Source: Candidatus Alloclostridium intestinigallinarum
GTDB lineage: Bacteria; Bacillota; Clostridia; Christensenellales; UBA3700
DNA length: 62,970 nt
Direction of reading: 5' to 3'
Assembly: GCA_904393845.1 (NCBI GenBank)
Contig: CAJFNB010000004.1
Location: forward strand, 1-62,970
Of this stretch, positions 1 to 11,081 are shown in pieces (position 1 is the first letter of the stretch; every line of letters begins with the position of its first letter). A program made the translations under genes and the position numbers. The notes below the pieces were generated by a model. It was not told the DNA's origin. It saw nothing but the letters and a program-made list of their open reading frames with translations, and ran no database searches.

Positions 1-113
1 AATAATCGCAGTACCCGTCAAAACCCTTTTGAAACGAAAAATTGAATTTGGTGGTGTAGCAATACTTGATAAAAAGTGTCCATAAAAATATGTGACAGTG
101 AAAAAACAAGGTC

Positions 114-207
114 GTTGCGAAGATATTACTGTCAGATTATAATTTTATAACTTCACGGCGGTTAAGGGTGCGGCGGCTCGCCGCGGGGTGGAGCGCCACG
201 CGCTCCC
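114..207 (+). repeat. Family-A modular hairpin repeat, copy 1. It has the head box TTGCGAAGAT.TACTGTCA, a GC mini-hairpin at 172-186, and the GGAGCGC-CAC-GCGCTCC hairpin at 190-206.
   Basis: The head box recurs at 40367-40393. The GGAGCG hairpin recurs at 306, 12657, 12837, 14633(-), 23003(-) and 40466. The mini-hairpin TGCGGCGGCTCGCCGC recurs at 14717-14733. Confidence 0.8.
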
Positions 208-245
208 GGTGCGTTTAAGCGCGGCTATAAAGCGGTATAAATTAA

Positions 246-322
246 AGCATTGCGAAGAAAAAAGCCTTGAAAATCCGTTTTACTCCTTCAAGGCGGTTAG
301 GGGGTGGAGCGTCCCACGCTCC
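246..322 (+). repeat. Family-A modular hairpin repeat, copy 2. It has the head AGCATTGCGAAGAAAAAA, the stem GCCTTGAA/TTCAAGGC, a linker, and the GGAGCG-TCCCA-CGCTCC hairpin.
   Basis: The module order matches 12770-12856. Read on the minus strand, hairpin 1 is followed by TTTTTT. Confidence 0.8.
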
Positions 323-343
323 CGTCCCATGCACTTCTTTTGC

Positions 344-372
344 TTGAAAAATATATAATATGGTGGTATAAT
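344..372 (+). promoter_or_regulatory. Sigma-70-type promoter TTGAAA-17-TATAAT (TGg extended -10).
   Basis: The hexamers and 17-nt spacer were read directly. It lies 34 nt upstream of the ATG at 406. Confidence 0.6.
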
Positions 373-405
373 AAAAGACGGAACACATAAGGAGGCAGGG
401 CGGCT

Positions 406-696
406 ATGGCAAAAATACTCGTTGCGCTTATAATTACGGCGGCGCTTGTGGCGTGCTTGTTTGCCTGCGCTCCCCAGGAAAAAACGGATAATTCCGCGTG
501 CATTGCGGAAGTTGAGGACGATACCTGCGTTACCGTCACGTTCAGCGCGGATAACAATTCCGACGTTTCCGTATCCGACGCCGTCGCCGTCGCCGGGTGC
601 GTTCCCGTCCCCGTCAAAGATTCCTCCGCGCATACCCGGGGGCGCGATATTCTTCTTCCCGGCGTGCGCGACTTCAAAAACGTCATCAAACAGTAA
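406..696 (+). CDS. Small secreted lipoprotein (hypothetical).
   Basis: AAGGAGG lies 10 nt before the ATG. The N-terminal signal peptide has a lipobox-like LFAC. No family was recognised. Confidence 0.5.
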   Translation: MAKILVALIITAALVACLFACAPQEKTDNSACIAEVEDDTCVTVTFSADNNSDVSVSDAVAVAGCVPVPVKDSSAHTRGRDILLPGVRDFKNVIKQ

Positions 697-800
697 AATG
701 TTTCCGCACCTTCCAATGCGCGAATTTGAAAATTAAAGGTAATAAAATAGCCGATTTTAGTCGAATTTCAGCGCATTTTGCATTATCGCCCCGTAAACGA

Positions 801-829
801 TTGCAAACTTCAATGCAAAGCGTTATAAT
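801..829 (+). promoter_or_regulatory. Sigma-70-type promoter TTGCAA-17-TATAAT for the atp operon.
   Basis: The hexamers were read directly. It lies about 40 nt upstream of the atpB ATG. Confidence 0.55.
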
Positions 830-869
830 CGTTAGGATAAAAAACGGACATATTTATTTTGGAAAAAAT

Positions 870-1724
870 ATGAAATCACGCACTAAAAAAATAATAGGAT
901 GGAGCGTAGTTGCGCTGATAGTGGTTGCGCTGGTAGCGGGCATTATCCTCACCGACGGAATGTACACGTCCTCGGAGGATATATCCGACGTCATGCAGGA
1001 CGCCGTTCTGCACGAGGAAAACCAGGTGAGCATTTTCGGCTACAACGTCAATCCCGGACTGGTTTCCGCCTTCGTCGTCACGATAATTCTGCTCGCGGCG
1101 GCGGCGCTCATCCGTATTTTCGCAATACCGAGGTTCAAGCTCGTCCCCGGAAAATTTCAGCTGGCGGTGGAGAGTATAGTGGGGTGGTTCGACAAACTCG
1201 CAAAGACGAATTCCCCGCACCGCAACTCCTTTCTGGGCGCGTATATCTTCGGCGCGGGCTGTTACATCTTTGCCGGAACGCTGTTTGAACTCATAGGCGC
1301 AGCGGTGGTATCCACGGCGGGCAATTCGGTTGCGCTTCCCGCTCCGCTTTCCGACATAAACGGCGCGATAGCCATGGGCTTTTTATCTTACTTCGTCATC
1401 CTGAGCGGCGGCATAGTGAGCAACGGTATGCGCGGCGTGGGCAGGACGTTAAAGGACTTCTCGCTGCCCATATCCATGAGTTTCCGTCTTTTCGGCGCGC
1501 TGCTTTCCGGACTGCTGGTGACGGAGCTTGTATATTACTACATCGCGCTCAGCTTCGTACTGCCCGTCATCGTGGGCGTGCTGTTCACGCTGCTGCACGC
1601 GCTTATACAGACTTACGTGCTGGTAATGCTCACCTCGCTGTTCTACGGCGAAGTTTCCGAACCGCACGTAAAAGTCCCCAAGGAAAAAAAGAAAAAGGCG
1701 AAAGCCGTCAAGGTCAAACAGTAA
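870..1724 (+). CDS. atpB: F0 ATP synthase subunit a.
   Basis: ORF 597..1724 was trimmed to the in-frame ATG at 870 (MKSRTKK). It is a multi-TM protein with the stator Arg motif FRLFGALLSG. It is the first gene of the atp cluster. Confidence 0.85.
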   Translation: MKSRTKKIIGWSVVALIVVALVAGIILTDGMYTSSEDISDVMQDAVLHEENQVSIFGYNVNPGLVSAFVVTIILLAAAALIRIFAIPRFKLVPGKFQLAVESIVGWFDKLAKTNSPHRNSFLGAYIFGAGCYIFAGTLFELIGAAVVSTAGNSVALPAPLSDINGAIAMGFLSYFVILSGGIVSNGMRGVGRTLKDFSLPISMSFRLFGALLSGLLVTELVYYYIALSFVLPVIVGVLFTLLHALIQTYVLVMLTSLFYGEVSEPHVKVPKEKKKKAKAVKVKQ

Positions 1725-1780
1725 TCTGCAAGGTCTGTGCCTTGTGTAAATAAGAAAAAACTTTTCAAATGAGGTTGAAT

Positions 1781-2188
1781 ATGAAAAGAGCAATCAAAAT
1801 CAAGTATGCAACCGCGGCAGTAATGGCGCTCGTGGCGCTCATCGCGCTGTGCGTGGTTATAGGACTGGTGTTCGGCGGCAATGGTTCCGCCTTTGCGGAA
1901 GATCCGGCTGCGGATACGGGCGTGACGGCTCCTGCGGAGGAGACGAACGATGCCGGCGTTACCGACGTGGGTATGAAGGCCATAGGCGCGGCGATAGCCG
2001 TCGGCGTGGCGGCGGCGGCAGGCGCGATAGGTATGGGTATTGCGATAGCCAAATCCAACGAGAGTATCGCGCGCCAGCCCGAAGCCAAGGCGGATATACG
2101 TTCAAGCATGATGCTGGGTCTGGTGTTCATCGAAACGGCAATCATCTACGCCCTGATAGTTGCAATACTGCTTATATTCGTTCTGTAG
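1781..2188 (+). CDS. atpE: F0 ATP synthase subunit c with an N-terminal extension.
   Basis: The last 71 aa form a canonical c hairpin (ARQPE loop, carboxylate in FIETAIIY). GAGG lies upstream of the ATG at 1781. An alternative canonical start is the ATG at 1973. Confidence 0.8.
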   Translation: MKRAIKIKYATAAVMALVALIALCVVIGLVFGGNGSAFAEDPAADTGVTAPAEETNDAGVTDVGMKAIGAAIAVGVAAAAGAIGMGIAIAKSNESIARQPEAKADIRSSMMLGLVFIETAIIYALIVAILLIFVL

Positions 2189-2289
2189 AGGCGGGCTTGC
2201 CGCTACTTTAACCGCCTTAAGGAGCGGGCGGAACGTTACAGTCCGGATCTCGTACGGTCGGTTATGGAAAGTAAAAGGAGAAAGGGCTT

Positions 2290-2850
2290 ATGCCTTTGAA
2301 CATTAATTGGCAGCAGATATTACTTCATCTGCTCAACCTGGTTATCCTGATAGTGGGACTGTACCTCATACTTTATAAACCGGTAAAAAAGTTTATGAAG
2401 AAGAGGGAGGACGCCTACAAGGAGCGCGAGGAGAACACCCGCGCCGCGCTTGACAGCGCGAAGGCGAAGGAAGAGGAGTACAATTCCAGGCTGGCGGGCG
2501 TTGAAGAGGAAGTTTCCAGAAAGCGCGAAGAGGCGGCAAAGGAGCTGGACGACGTGCGCTCGGAAAAGCTGAAACAGGTAGCCAAAGAAGCGGACGATAT
2601 GCTCGGAGCCGCGCGTGAGCGCGCCCAAAAGGAGCACGACAGGATAATAAACGGCGTATCCGACGACATAAAGGAGATCGTCGGGGAAGCGGCGGAAAAG
2701 GTGGTAATGACGTCTTCGGTCAACGACGCTTACGAACAGTTCCTGAGCGCGGCGGAGAGCGGAGCCAAGTCCGCGCACGCCGGCAGGAAAAAGACGGTTA
2801 CGTCCATGTCGAAGACGGATAAAAAAGGCGGCGCGAGGAAGAAGAAATGA
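2290..2850 (+). CDS. atpF: F0 ATP synthase subunit b.
   Basis: It has one N-terminal TM helix followed by a long charged coiled coil. Its position between c and alpha fits. It has a basic C-terminal tail. Confidence 0.8.
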   Translation: MPLNINWQQILLHLLNLVILIVGLYLILYKPVKKFMKKREDAYKEREENTRAALDSAKAKEEEYNSRLAGVEEEVSRKREEAAKELDDVRSEKLKQVAKEADDMLGAARERAQKEHDRIINGVSDDIKEIVGEAAEKVVMTSSVNDAYEQFLSAAESGAKSAHAGRKKTVTSMSKTDKKGGARKKK

Positions 2851-4573
2851 CTGAATTGAAGGCGTATTTATATTCCGAATCGCGTCCGAGCGAGGAGCAG
2901 GAAAAGCGGTTTGCCGCATTTCTGAAGGGCAAATACGGCGCCGGCACGCAGCTTGAATGGGTGGAGAGCAATCTTTTCCCAGGCGGATTCCGTCTTGAAG
3001 TGGGCGACGACGTGTACGACTGGTCGGTGGGAGGCAGGCTTAACCAGCTGCGCCACCGCCTGGAACAGATAAACGGCACGCGCGACGACATCATACCTCT
3101 TATAAAGCAGGCGATAGAGGATTGGACTCCGGAGGCGCTGGCGGAAGAAACGGGCACCGTGCTTTCCGTAGGCGACGGAATAGTTTCCGCGGAAGGTCTT
3201 GCGCACGTCCAGTACGGCGAGATAGTCGTGTTCGACTGCGGCGTCAAGGGTATGGTCCAGGATCTGCGCCCCGATATGTGCGGCATAATAGTTTTCGGCG
3301 ACTGCCACGACATAACCGCGGGCAGCGTTATCCACCGCACGGGCAAGACGGCGGGCATTCCCGTAGGTCCCAACTTCGTGGGCAGGGTGCTTGACGCGCT
3401 GGGTCAGCCGATAGACGGCGAAGGGGAGATAGATGCGGCGGCGTACCGTCCCATAGAATGTCCCGCGCCCGGCATAATCGACCGCCAACCCGTAAACAAG
3501 CCGATGGAAACGGGTCTTCTGGTCGTGGATTCGATGTTCCCCATAGGCAGGGGTCAGCGCGAACTTATCATAGGCGACAGACAGACGGGTAAAACGGCGA
3601 TAGCCGTGGACACGATTCTCAACCAGAAGGGCAAGAACGTCGTCTGTATTTATGTGGCGATAGGACAGAAGGCGGGCAGTGTGGCGCGTCTTGTGGAAAC
3701 GCTGCGCAAAAACCACGCGCTGGAATATACCATAGTTATCAATGCGGGCGCGGGCGAGTCCGCACCCATGCAGTATATCGCGCCGTATGCCGGCTGCGCA
3801 ATGGCGGAATATTTCATGTATGCGGGCAGGGACGTGCTCATCGTTTACGACGATTTGTCCAAACACGCGGTGGCGTACCGCACGCTGAGCCTTCTGCTCG
3901 AACGTGCGCCGGGCAGGGAAGCGTATCCCGGCGACGTGTTCTATCTGCACTCCCGTCTCCTTGAACGCGCGGCGCATCTTTCCGACGAACTCGGCGGCGG
4001 CAGCATAACCGCCCTGCCCATAGTGGAAACGCAGGCGGGCGACGTGTCGGCGTACATTCCCACCAACGTGATTTCCATTACCGACGGACAGATATTCCTG
4101 GAAACGGAGCTGTTCTTCGAAGGTCAGCGCCCCGCGGTGAACATAGGTCTTTCCGTGTCGCGCGTGGGCGGCGCGGCGCAGACAAAGGCGGTCAAAAAGG
4201 CGGTCGGCTCTTTGAGGCTCGACCTTGCGCAGTACAGGGAAATGGAAGTGTTCATGCAGTTTGCTTCCGATCTGGACGAACTCACGCGCCGCCAGCTTTA
4301 TTACGGACAGGGACTTATGCGTCTGCTCCGCCAGCCGCAGTCCAGACCCTACTCGCAGGCGCAGGAGATAATACTTCTTATCACCGCGATGGGCAAAAAG
4401 TTCGTGGACGTGCCCGTCGACGATATAAACGTGTACGCGGAAGAGATGCTGGAATACTTCTCGACCCACGCGCCGGCGCTTTATTCCGGACTGGAAAGGG
4501 CGCAGGAACTTACGCAGGAATTGCGTGACGGAATACTGGAAACGGCGGATAAATTCCGCGCCGCTAAGCAGAA

Positions 4574-4577
<4 letters not shown>
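2847..4577 (+). CDS. atpA: F1 ATP synthase subunit alpha with an N-terminal delta (OSCP) C-terminal-domain fusion.
   Basis: It has the P-loop GDRQTGKTA and alpha-type motifs throughout residues ~78-576. Residues 1-77 look like the delta tail (..FPGGFRLEVGDDVYDWSVGGRLNQL..). An ATGA overlap joins it to atpF. Confidence 0.9.
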
Positions 4578-7256
<2,679 letters not shown>

Positions 7257-7295
7257 AGCGCCCGTAACGCGGCAAACGGCATATCCGTACCGAAC

Positions 7296-7326
7296 AGAAA
7301 GAAGCCTTACAGGGGCTTCTTTTTCC
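7296..7326 (+). terminator. Rho-independent terminator of the atp operon.
   Basis: The stem is AAAGAAGCC/GGCTTCTTT, followed by a T-run. It is embedded in a longer imperfect palindrome at 7277-7350. Confidence 0.75.
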
Positions 7327-7435
7327 GTCCTGAAAATGAAAAACGGATATTCCGCGGCGGACTGCCGTCCTGCGCCGCCGTGCGGCGGACAGACTTTACC
7401 TATTAAGAATATATTAAAATAATTATTTTTAATGA

Positions 7436-7464
7436 TTGACAGTTTTAAAATCCGTAAGTATAAT
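7436..7464 (+). promoter_or_regulatory. Consensus sigma-70 promoter TTGACA-17-TATAAT.
   Basis: Both hexamers are perfect. A leader of ~105 nt precedes the ATG at 7577. Confidence 0.7.
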
Positions 7465-7576
7465 ATAAAAGAGATATCGGGAATATTATCCGACAGAGTG
7501 CCATACAATGGGTGTGGATATTGCCTCTGCCGGGGAGATACGACCGATAAGAGGGAGATATGCCAAGGAGGAAAAA

Positions 7577-8986
7577 ATGGAAGAAGAAGAATCCGGGATC
7601 AAGTGGGGCGCCGTTTTCGCCGTTATCAAAAAGCGACTTATTTTTATAATCGCCATCGCCGTTGTCGCGGCGCTCGTAGCGGGACTGCTTACGGGATTTG
7701 TTTTCAACGCGGGTAAGGACACTTACACGCTTTCATTCGATCTGAAAAGTCCTTCCGGAGAGGGCAGTCTGCCCGACGGCACGGCTTTTTCCGTGCAGAA
7801 TCTGGTGTATTCCGGCAATCTGCAAAGGGTTAAGGACAGCAACGAAATGTTTGCCGGTCTGGATATAGGCATACTTTCATCGGGCGACATAACCATTACG
7901 GACAACAACAGGGCTGTCGAAGGGGAAGAAGAAAGACCGGCGGCGGACGCGCGCTATACCATCACCGCCAAAGAAAGCTGTTTTGATTCTTACGAACAGG
8001 CGGACGAATTTATGCACGCCGTGGCGGAAAGTTTCGTCACGCTTACGCAGGAGGCGCTGAACGGAAGGAATTATTCCGCCTGGGAGCAGGGCTACACGCT
8101 GGCGCCCAATTACGACGAACGCATAAACGTATTGCGTTCGCAGTACAATTACGTGCTTACCGTTTACGACGGACTGATCGCGACGCGCGCGTATGCGGAC
8201 TTTGAGGTGGACGGTTATACCGTGGAACAGCACAGGGCGCAGGCGGCGGGAGATATATCGATGCGCCTGACAGCGCTGGGCAACGAGCAGAATATTTCCG
8301 CTTACGTGCTGGGAGATTCAAACAACGCCGTACTTTACGAGGCGAAGGAACTCGAACGCCAGAAGCAGGTCAATACCGCGAAAATAGATGCGTTAAGGCA
8401 AACTCTTACGGAACTTTTGCAGACGTATAAGGACGCGGGTCTGTCCACAAGCCAGATGGATACTTTCGAATCTTTCCATGCGGACATAGCCTCTCTTACG
8501 CAGCGCAACGTGGAGATAGACGACCAGCTTGAAAGACTTTACACTTCCATAGGCTATGTGGAGCAGGAAGGCAAGTGGGTAACGGGAACGGGTCAGCTGA
8601 GCAAAGCGCCGCAGACGTTTACCGATGAAATGGAAGCCCTGCGCACCCGCATAGCGGCTGACACGCAGACCATGAGCAAGGTGGTAAGCGCGGTGTATTC
8701 GGGATTTACCGCCGCCGAGTTCAGGCAGGCGGGCGCGGAAGTGACTTCCGGCGGCACGAACACAATCTTTGTGACGGTTGCGGTGTTTGTGGTTGCGGCG
8801 TTTGCCGCGGCGTGCGTATTCGCCCTTGCCGGCTACCGTAAGCAGGTGAGCGCCGAAGAGGCCGCTCAGTCCGAAGTCAAGGCGGCAGATGGCGGCGCGG
8901 AGGAGCAGACCGCAGACGAAACGGAAGCGGCCGAACAGGCTGCCGGAAGCGCGGAATCAGGAGAAGAGAAAGGCGAAGACAAATAA
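7577..8986 (+). CDS. Two-TM membrane protein with a large coiled-coil ectodomain (Wzz/chain-length-determinant-like topology) and an acidic tail.
   Basis: AAGGAGG lies 7 nt before the ATG at 7577, in frame with ORF 7508..8986. It has N- and C-terminal TM helices. No diagnostic motif was found. Confidence 0.5.
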   Translation: MEEEESGIKWGAVFAVIKKRLIFIIAIAVVAALVAGLLTGFVFNAGKDTYTLSFDLKSPSGEGSLPDGTAFSVQNLVYSGNLQRVKDSNEMFAGLDIGILSSGDITITDNNRAVEGEEERPAADARYTITAKESCFDSYEQADEFMHAVAESFVTLTQEALNGRNYSAWEQGYTLAPNYDERINVLRSQYNYVLTVYDGLIATRAYADFEVDGYTVEQHRAQAAGDISMRLTALGNEQNISAYVLGDSNNAVLYEAKELERQKQVNTAKIDALRQTLTELLQTYKDAGLSTSQMDTFESFHADIASLTQRNVEIDDQLERLYTSIGYVEQEGKWVTGTGQLSKAPQTFTDEMEALRTRIAADTQTMSKVVSAVYSGFTAAEFRQAGAEVTSGGTNTIFVTVAVFVVAAFAAACVFALAGYRKQVSAEEAAQSEVKAADGGAEEQTADETEAAEQAAGSAESGEEKGEDK

Positions 8987-9003
8987 AAAAGCCGAATTAA
9001 AAC

Positions 9004-9032
9004 AAGGCGGACGCTTTCAAGCGCCCGCCTTT
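9004..9032 (+). terminator. Terminator hairpin AAGGCGGACGC/GCGCCCGCCTT.
   Basis: A GC-rich stem lies directly after the stop at 8986. The following T-run is weak. Confidence 0.55.
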
Positions 9033-9044
9033 ACTATGAGAAAG

Positions 9045-9076
9045 TAAAACCAGAAGGGCGCACGTTTGTGCGCCCT
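9045..9076 (-). terminator. Terminator of the GPH transporter gene.
   Basis: On the minus strand the hairpin AGGGCGCAC-AAAC-GTGCGCCCT is followed by TCTGGTTTT. Confidence 0.55.
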
Positions 9077-9088
9077 GTTTCGTGTCGG

Positions 9089-10852
9089 TCAATTATTGCC
9101 GGTATCTTCGCCCTCGGAAGAAGATTCTTCCGCCGTGTTGTCGGTACCGCCGTCCGATTCGGGGACGTCCGTGCCGCCGTCAGCCGCCGCGCCGCTTTCT
9201 TCAAAAGGATTGTCGGCGCCGCCCGCCGGGTTTTCCTTGGAAACGTTTGCCGCAAGCATCATTTCCTGCTGGTATTCGCCCGCGTCGGTATCAACTCCGG
9301 CGGGGACTTCTTCATTGCCGGCAGGTTCGATGGCAAGTTCGCCGTGGCCTTCCGCAAGACTGCGCCTGCGCAGTTCTTCTACTATTTCCGCGTGCTTTTT
9401 CTTGTCCAGCTTATAGAAGAGCATCATAAGGCACATAAGCGCGGCGGAGATTGCCGAAACGTAGAACGCCACGTTGTAGTAGTTGATTGCGGTGTTCATC
9501 AGCTCGTCGGAAACGGTGGTTACGTTGAAGTAGTTTGCCGGCTGGTAGCCCATTGCCTGCTTGACGTAAGCCATTACCACGTAGCCGATGTTGGTGAACA
9601 CGAGCACCAGCGTATAGGCGAACATCTGGATAAAGCCTTCAAGGCGCTTGCCCGTCATAACCTGCTGATAGTCGGATATTTCCGAGAGCATAAGCGGCTG
9701 GAGCGAGGTAATGCCGTTGAACAGGGCTATATATCTCAAAAGCGTGAGAACCACCGCGGAAACGGTGCCCTGGGGGATATTCTGTACGCCGACGACGGCA
9801 AGGATTATGTAGCCGAGGAAGTTGAGGAACGACCAGAACATGACTATCGTGCGGTTGTTGAATTTACGCGTAAGAAGGGGCAGGAGTATCATGTTCGGAG
9901 TGACGGCGAATCCCGTTATAAGGGTCAGCGAGGAGAACACGGTCAGACCCGTTTCTATGTCGGTAGCATAGCGGAGCTTGCCCATTATCTGCGCGTCTAT
10001 TTCGATTGTGGAGCGCATGCAACCCAGGATAAGCGCGAGGGTGAAGATGATAAGGGGCTTGTTTTTGAGCACCATTTTCAGACCTTCGATAACGCCGACG
10101 TTTTCGTTGTTCGAATTGGTTATTATGACTCTTTCCTTGACCTTGACCAGCAGCATCACGAGCAGTATACCCACCACCGAGCAGATAAGACCCATATAGC
10201 GGTAAGCCATATATTCCTGACCAAGGGAGAGGAAGTGGGAGCGGATGGGACCGATGATCACGTTCATTATGGTGGGGGCGAAGCCTACCAGAAGTCCGAT
10301 GGGCGCCCATGCGTCCGTGCGCTCCTGCTGGTTGGGAGTGACCACGCCGGGCATCATCTGGAAGGTGTTGTTGAACAGGTTCCACATTACGAGTGTGGGA
10401 ATACAGATGCAGTAAGCGTAAATCACCCTTGCGTTCTCGTCCAGATTCTGCGGCTGCCATGTGGCGGCGATTGCAAGACCCGCGAAGATGGGAGCCATTA
10501 AGAATATGTACGGTTTATATCTGCCGAATCTGGTGTGGGTGTTTTGCAGTAACTTGCTGAAAAACGGCTGGATTATCAGACCGAGCAGCGAAGCCGCCAG
10601 GCAGATGTAGGGGCCGTGAATAACGTCTATTCCGTAAACTTCGGAAATCTGCGAAGCGGTGAGCAGGGAAGAAACTATGCACACAATCGTGCTCACGCCC
10701 ATGGCGGAGCCGCCGAGAGACAGCACTTCTTTCAGATTGAGGTATCTGTCATTGCGCAGAGGTTCTTTCCAGAAACGCTTGATTAAAGACGGAAGCTGTT
10801 TTATCTTCTCGCCGACCGACGCCTTTTTAGGCTGCTGTTCGTCAGTTCCCAT
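9089..10852 (-). CDS. Glycoside-pentoside-hexuronide (GPH)/MFS-type sugar:cation symporter with a long acidic C-terminal tail.
   Basis: It has about 12 TM segments and the GPH-like motif TRFGRYKPYIF. AAGGAG precedes the ATG. Confidence 0.7.
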   Translation of the reverse strand: MGTDEQQPKKASVGEKIKQLPSLIKRFWKEPLRNDRYLNLKEVLSLGGSAMGVSTIVCIVSSLLTASQISEVYGIDVIHGPYICLAASLLGLIIQPFFSKLLQNTHTRFGRYKPYIFLMAPIFAGLAIAATWQPQNLDENARVIYAYCICIPTLVMWNLFNNTFQMMPGVVTPNQQERTDAWAPIGLLVGFAPTIMNVIIGPIRSHFLSLGQEYMAYRYMGLICSVVGILLVMLLVKVKERVIITNSNNENVGVIEGLKMVLKNKPLIIFTLALILGCMRSTIEIDAQIMGKLRYATDIETGLTVFSSLTLITGFAVTPNMILLPLLTRKFNNRTIVMFWSFLNFLGYIILAVVGVQNIPQGTVSAVVLTLLRYIALFNGITSLQPLMLSEISDYQQVMTGKRLEGFIQMFAYTLVLVFTNIGYVVMAYVKQAMGYQPANYFNVTTVSDELMNTAINYYNVAFYVSAISAALMCLMMLFYKLDKKKHAEIVEELRRRSLAEGHGELAIEPAGNEEVPAGVDTDAGEYQQEMMLAANVSKENPAGGADNPFEESGAAADGGTDVPESDGGTDNTAEESSSEGEDTGNN

Positions 10853-10898
10853 AATCTTCTCCTTGTCATGCGCCGCGTGCGCGCAAGCGCATATAAAT

Positions 10899-10927
10899 AT
10901 TATAGAATGTTATATTGCGATTGTCAA
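10899..10927 (-). promoter_or_regulatory. Consensus sigma-70 promoter TTGACA-17-TATAAT (minus strand) for the GPH transporter.
   Basis: Both hexamers are perfect when read on the reverse complement. Confidence 0.7.
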
Positions 10928-11029
10928 GAGGAAGCAAACAAAAGCCCGTGCGCGGAGTTAAAATTATCGCTTTTCCGCGCTTTGTATCCGCGCGGGGAGA
11001 TAAGGTTTCGGTATTTTGCCGCGATAGTA

Positions 11030-11059
11030 TTGCATTTGTGCGCGGAAAGTGGTATAATC
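11030..11059 (+). promoter_or_regulatory. Promoter TTGCAT-18-TATAAT with a TGg extension.
   Basis: Read directly. It lies 22 nt upstream of the ATG at 11082. Confidence 0.55.
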
Positions 11060-11081
11060 GGTTACAATTATCGGAGAGAAT

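Noticed and set aside
597-869. Upstream in-frame extension of the atpB ORF (start at 597), overlapping the lipoprotein gene.
   Set aside because: The extension is Arg-rich and non-membrane-like and overlaps another supported CDS and the atp promoter. The a-subunit homology begins near the ATG at 870.
2868-4469. A 533-aa ORF antisense to atpA. Similar long antisense ORFs lie opposite atpD (5638-6672), ftsH (23209-25512), GH38 (16098-17285, 17397-19220), purF (31452-32897), fhs, glnS, pgk, the kinase and HydS.
   Set aside because: The translations are Arg/His/Ala/Val-rich with no motifs. Each lies opposite a gene with unambiguous family signatures. These are typical shadow frames of GC-rich coding DNA.
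7465-7576. Possible riboswitch in the ~105-nt leader of the two-TM protein gene (three GAGATAY repeats and a small CGGGAATATTATCCG hairpin).
   Set aside because: No match to any riboswitch class I can recall, and the structure is not compelling by eye. It is kept only as an untranslated leader.
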